A DNA stretch of 38,573 nt, from positions 2,496 to 41,068 of the forward strand of contig DJYV01000024.1 in the NCBI GenBank assembly GCA_002448555.1. Direction: 5' to 3'. Of the stretch, positions 35,000 to 38,573 are shown piece after piece; positions within the stretch are counted from its first letter, which is position 1; each line of letters begins with the position of its first letter. Below the pieces are notes generated by a model. That model saw nothing but the letters and a program-made list of their open reading frames with translations. It had not been told where the DNA came from and did no database searches. Position numbers and translations under genes: made by a program. Origin of the DNA: Flavobacteriales bacterium UBA6969. GTDB taxonomy: Bacteria > Bacteroidota > Bacteroidia > Flavobacteriales_D > Sanyastnellaceae.

Positions 35000-36084
35000 G
35001 GCTGAGTGAAAAAATCCGTCAGGTTGGGCCACTGGCCGCCCAGGTGGTTCATCAATTGGCCGCCTTTCACTTCAAGGGTGCCAGGCAGGTTGTTGGTGAA
35101 GAGCCCCCCGGTTCCCAAGCCCTGGAGTAGCAATGGATTGCGCGTGCGTACACCGTCCTTGGCCCATTGAGCGATGGCGTACAAGCCGAGGTTGGATTCC
35201 AAAGCGGAGGTTGCCCACCACCCCATTCCGCGTTCTTCCGCGAGGTCCACCCATTCCTGGCTTTCGGCAAAACCGCCAAGCAAACTGGGTTTTAAAATGA
35301 CAAACTGAGGACGGATCGCGTCGAGCAGTTCTGTTTTGCTGTCACTGCCGCGCACACCAATGAGCGATTCATCCAACGCGATGGGCAGCGGTGAGGTGGC
35401 ACACAGCGCAGACAACCCGCTCACGTCAGACGGGCGCAGCGGTTGCTCAATCGAGTGAAAACCCAATTCGGCAAGGGCCTCCAACTTCTGAAGGGGGCTC
35501 CAACCCACTTCATCCTTGGAAAAAGCCCCGTTTGCATCCGTGCGCAATACAACGTTGGGTCCAGCTTCATTGCACAAGGCGGTCAGCCATTCCAACTCAG
35601 CCTCGAACGGTAGAGTTCCCACCTTCATTTTTAAGGTGGTGAATCCGTTGCCCAACAAACCGCGGGCCTGATCCAGCATGCCCTCGGCATCCGCCATCCA
35701 AATCAATCCGTTGATGTCAATCGGCGACTGGCCCTCGGTAAACAATCCCGGGAAGAAGCACAGTTCATCGCCGTTGCGCAGGCCGTTCAGCGCCATTTCG
35801 AACGCAAATTGAACCGCTGGGAGCGACTTCGGAATGTCCGCTGCATCCTGCGGCGGATGGGCTCGGGCCTCCGATAGGAAAGCAGCAATCGCCGCCGGAT
35901 CGTCCAGGCTCAATCCTGGGATGATGCTGCACTCGCCCCACCCTTCACGACCGTTTTCGTCGGTCAATTTGATGAACCAGGAGGGCTTGTGGGTCAAGGT
36001 GTCCCTCGAAGTTTTGGCGGGGCGTTTGAACGCGAGGTTCCAAGGGAACACGTCAACGTGGGCAATCCGTGGTATCGAGGTCAT
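34996..36084 (-). CDS. menC: o-Succinylbenzoate synthase (enolase superfamily, MR/MLE type)
   Basis: Enolase-superfamily metal-ligand and catalytic pattern is present: LKMKVG, RTDANGAF, IEQP and ALDES. The gene is flanked by menA and menE. The ATG at 36084 forms an ATGA overlap with the menA stop. Confidence 0.8.
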   Translation of the reverse strand: MTSIPRIAHVDVFPWNLAFKRPAKTSRDTLTHKPSWFIKLTDENGREGWGECSIIPGLSLDDPAAIAAFLSEARAHPPQDAADIPKSLPAVQFAFEMALNGLRNGDELCFFPGLFTEGQSPIDINGLIWMADAEGMLDQARGLLGNGFTTLKMKVGTLPFEAELEWLTALCNEAGPNVVLRTDANGAFSKDEVGWSPLQKLEALAELGFHSIEQPLRPSDVSGLSALCATSPLPIALDESLIGVRGSDSKTELLDAIRPQFVILKPSLLGGFAESQEWVDLAEERGMGWWATSALESNLGLYAIAQWAKDGVRTRNPLLLQGLGTGGLFTNNLPGTLEVKGGQLMNHLGGQWPNLTDFFTQP

Positions 36085-37019
36085 GCCGCGCCACCGGTTT
36101 GAGCCAACAAAATGAAGAGGGCAGCCACCGCTGTGGACAGGGCCACGCGCTTCAATTCAGGATCCAGCGCAGCCGGGTCTTCGCAGCGCCACACCCGCCA
36201 TGCGTGCGTAAAGTGGAAGGCATTGATGATGGCGATCCACCCCATTCCCCGCCACTGACCCGGTTCCGCCGCCAAGGCAAACGCCCACCAAGCAGCCCAA
36301 CCGATCACAAAACACGCACCATGGTACACCTTGGCTCGGTCCCAGCCCATTGCGACGACAACGGTTCGCTTTCCGGCTTTTTCATCTTTCTCGTGATCGC
36401 GCATGTTGTTCAAATTCAACACCGCCGTACTCATCAATCCGGTCCACGTCCCCGGCAGGAGCCACGCGAAGTCCCATTCCCCCGCCAGCAAAAAAGCTGT
36501 TCCCCCAACTCCTACCCAACCAAAAAACACCAGCACCATCAGGTCGCCCAGACCCCGGTAGCCATATGGGTTTTTACCCGCCGTGTAACGGTAGGCCGCG
36601 CCAATGGCCAACACACCCAGCCCCACCATGACCAGCGCCTCAACAAACAACGAAGAACCCCAAAACGCCGCACCGACTGCGGCATGACCGCAACCAAAGG
36701 CCAGCACCCCCAAGGCGACGATGGCGCGTTTCATGACCGCCGGTGAGAGCTGGCCCGAGGCCACCATGCGATCGGTGCGTTCCGCTCCATCGGCCCCGTT
36801 TTCATAGTCGCCCAAATCATTGGCCCAATTGCTCAGGATTTGCAGCAACACAACGGTCAACAGAATCAGTCCAAAGACGCGCCAAAATGCGTCTGTACCC
36901 TCGTTGACGGCTATTATCCGAGGGTAAGCCACTGCCGCTCCGACCATAACGCAGGCCGAAGCCAAGGGCAACGTGCGCAGACGAGACGCGAGCAGGAAAG
37001 CTTGAATAGAACCGTTCAA
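36081..37019 (-). CDS. menA: 1,4-dihydroxy-2-naphthoate polyprenyltransferase (UbiA family)
   Basis: The protein is polytopic with the N-terminal motif RLRTLPLA and the Asp-rich motif NDLGDYENGAD. It sits in a men-cluster context. The start as listed is TTG at 37019, so the exact start is uncertain. Confidence 0.82.
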   Translation of the reverse strand: MNGSIQAFLLASRLRTLPLASACVMVGAAVAYPRIIAVNEGTDAFWRVFGLILLTVVLLQILSNWANDLGDYENGADGAERTDRMVASGQLSPAVMKRAIVALGVLAFGCGHAAVGAAFWGSSLFVEALVMVGLGVLAIGAAYRYTAGKNPYGYRGLGDLMVLVFFGWVGVGGTAFLLAGEWDFAWLLPGTWTGLMSTAVLNLNNMRDHEKDEKAGKRTVVVAMGWDRAKVYHGACFVIGWAAWWAFALAAEPGQWRGMGWIAIINAFHFTHAWRVWRCEDPAALDPELKRVALSTAVAALFILLAQTGGAA

Positions 37020-37026
37020 AGCGGGG

Positions 37027-38573
37027 TTAATCTGGGGTTTGAATGCGTTTCAGAGCCTCGGAAATCGCGGCCAATTTGGATGCTAAAAATTCAGCCGAAG
37101 CCGCACCGGGCGTTTGGATTTCTAACAACCCTGGCGCGTCATTGTTGAGCCATGCTGCGAACGCAACTTCCAACGATTCCCAATCCTGTGCGCAGGCATA
37201 TTCCAAGCCGAGTTGCTGGGCACTGGCCGAGACATCGGCAGCGAAACCGGCCTCAAAATGCGCTTCGAGTAGGCCGGTTTCCTCCGGCCCTTTCAGCCAC
37301 CTAAAAATGTTGCCACCGCCGTTGTTGATGACAATGATTTTCAGCTTCTTTGGCCGCGGATTCACGTGCAAGCCATTGGTGTCGTACAACCAGGCCGCAT
37401 CTCCCGCGATCAGGACCGTCTGTGCATCGGGGTTTTGCAACGCATCCCCTACCGCCGTGCTCAAGCATCCGTCGATGCCGGCCACGCCTCGGTTGGCGTG
37501 CAACGTGCTGCCCTGCCAGTCGAACCACTGCGCATACCTCGCCGACGTGGAATTGGCAAAATGAATGCGCGATGCGGCGGGCAATTGAGCAGCAAGCCAA
37601 CGGTACACTTCGTAATCCACCCATTCGTTCCCATGCGACGCCTCATTTGCCACTTCGAGCTGAGACTTGCGGACCGACCAAGCTTGCGCGTAGGCATTGA
37701 TCGCAGGTGCAGCATCCATCAATTCAGCGAGCCCTGCTTTGGTGGAAATCTTCCAGCGGTTCACGGGCGTTTCAAACATATCCCAACTGAGGGCCTCCGT
37801 GCCGATGTGAAAATGCGGCACGTTCCAGCGCGTGAGCTGTGCCCGGAAGGCTTTGTCCATCGGGGGCAAACCAACCGTTACAATGGCCTGCGGAGCGAGG
37901 GATGTAGCGCACGTTTCGTCCCACCCACACATCCAACGCATGGTACTGCTTTCGGCATCGGGTTGTGTGCAAGCAAAAGCATCAACCACCAGCGCAAACC
38001 GTTCCTCCAAGGCCCGCACACCGTCTGCATCCAATTGGCCTTCGCCGAGGGAACCTATGTGAACCAAGACGCGTGGATCGTGGTAACTCAATGCGTCGAG
38101 CAATTCCTCGGGCATGGGCGTTTCCTCTGCTCGGATAACAGGCACACTGGCGGACGTCGGGGTTACCTCGACCGTTCCGTACAGGGGCTCTTCGAATGGG
38201 ACATTGACGTGGACGGGGCCTTTGGCCGTTGCCACCCAGGCCGCCAAAGCCTGTTGTTCGATCTCGGCTGCACCTTGATTGGCCTCGTCAACTTCCAGCG
38301 ACAACACCGTGTGGGCCGCGAATAAATTCGTCTGGTGGACAACTTGTCCTGGGCCAGTGGGCCGCGAAGCGACCGACCGATCGGCCGTTACGCTGAGCAA
38401 GGGGACGCCACTGAAGTATGCTTCTGCCAATGCCGGACCGTGGTTGACAGCGGCAGTGCCGGAGGTGCTTACCACCACAGCAGGCCGCCGCGTCGACAAG
38501 GCCATCCCGAGGGCCATGTGAGCAGCGCAGCGCTCGTCCAGTGCTGTGACCAGCCGAATTTCAGGATGGGCGT
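37027..38573 (-). CDS. menD: 2-succinyl-5-enolpyruvyl-6-hydroxy-3-cyclohexene-1-carboxylate synthase, 5' end outside the window
   Basis: It is a ThDP enzyme with the patterns TSGTAAVNHGPALAEAYFSGVPLL and GIDG...IAGDAAWLYDTNGL...IVINNGGGNIF. The reading frame stays open upstream of the listed Met (…ALDERCAAHMALGMA…) to the window edge. Confidence 0.88.
   Translation of the reverse strand, partial: AHPEIRLVTALDERCAAHMALGMALSTRRPAVVVSTSGTAAVNHGPALAEAYFSGVPLLSVTADRSVASRPTGPGQVVHQTNLFAAHTVLSLEVDEANQGAAEIEQQALAAWVATAKGPVHVNVPFEEPLYGTVEVTPTSASVPVIRAEETPMPEELLDALSYHDPRVLVHIGSLGEGQLDADGVRALEERFALVVDAFACTQPDAESSTMRWMCGWDETCATSLAPQAIVTVGLPPMDKAFRAQLTRWNVPHFHIGTEALSWDMFETPVNRWKISTKAGLAELMDAAPAINAYAQAWSVRKSQLEVANEASHGNEWVDYEVYRWLAAQLPAASRIHFANSTSARYAQWFDWQGSTLHANRGVAGIDGCLSTAVGDALQNPDAQTVLIAGDAAWLYDTNGLHVNPRPKKLKIIVINNGGGNIFRWLKGPEETGLLEAHFEAGFAADVSASAQQLGLEYACAQDWESLEVAFAAWLNNDAPGLLEIQTPGAASAEFLASKLAAISEALKRIQTPD

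Overview
This window is a densely packed, visibly GC-rich stretch of core chromosome that looks Bacteroidota-like. The taxonomic evidence is a cargo protein with a T9SS C-terminal sorting domain, a type III glutamine synthetase, the rpsU / xerC-D-like recombinase / hpf / four tRNAs / tuf synteny, and several TAnnTTTG (-7) promoter boxes at sensible distances from start codons.

Gene content from 1 to 25292 is almost entirely on the minus strand:
- tuf 5' end, then tRNA-Thr(GGU), Gly(UCC), Tyr(GUA) and Thr(UGU)
- hpf, a Xer-family tyrosine recombinase, rpsU
- an acyl-CoA dehydrogenase, apt, a ComEA-like HhH protein
- a Na+:alanine symporter, a 2-TM RCK K+ channel
- pyrF, prfA, purM
- a TPR/beta-propeller/OmpA protein, GS type III
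- an 1158-aa T9SS cargo with LamG and PNGase F-like modules
- an aminotransferase, a GNAT, an S4/Hsp15-like protein, an orphan membrane protein
- a TonB-dependent receptor, dnaX

A plus-strand block follows (rpsF-rpsR-rplI, uvrB, a SpoU/TrmH methyltransferase). The window ends with a minus-strand block: a serine peptidase, a TPR lipoprotein, accA, rdgB, and menE-menC-menA-menD, with menD running off the window.

I found no rRNA, CRISPR array, transposon, prophage or recognisable defence island, and no convincing novel multi-gene system.

The observations most worth follow-up are:
1. An A10-G slippery run inside dnaX, in the E. coli A-AAA-AAG register, with stop codons 2 and 4 codons away in both alternative frames. 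It sits exactly at the domain III/linker boundary and would give a candidate gamma subunit by frameshifting or transcriptional slippage.
2. The unusual architecture of the T9SS PNGase F-like/LamG protein.
3. A four-segment alternative-pairing inverted repeat between that gene and the GS-III gene.
4. A chain of ATGA stop/start overlaps that ties rdgB to the men genes.

All coordinates and motifs were read by eye from the sequence. No database search was run.
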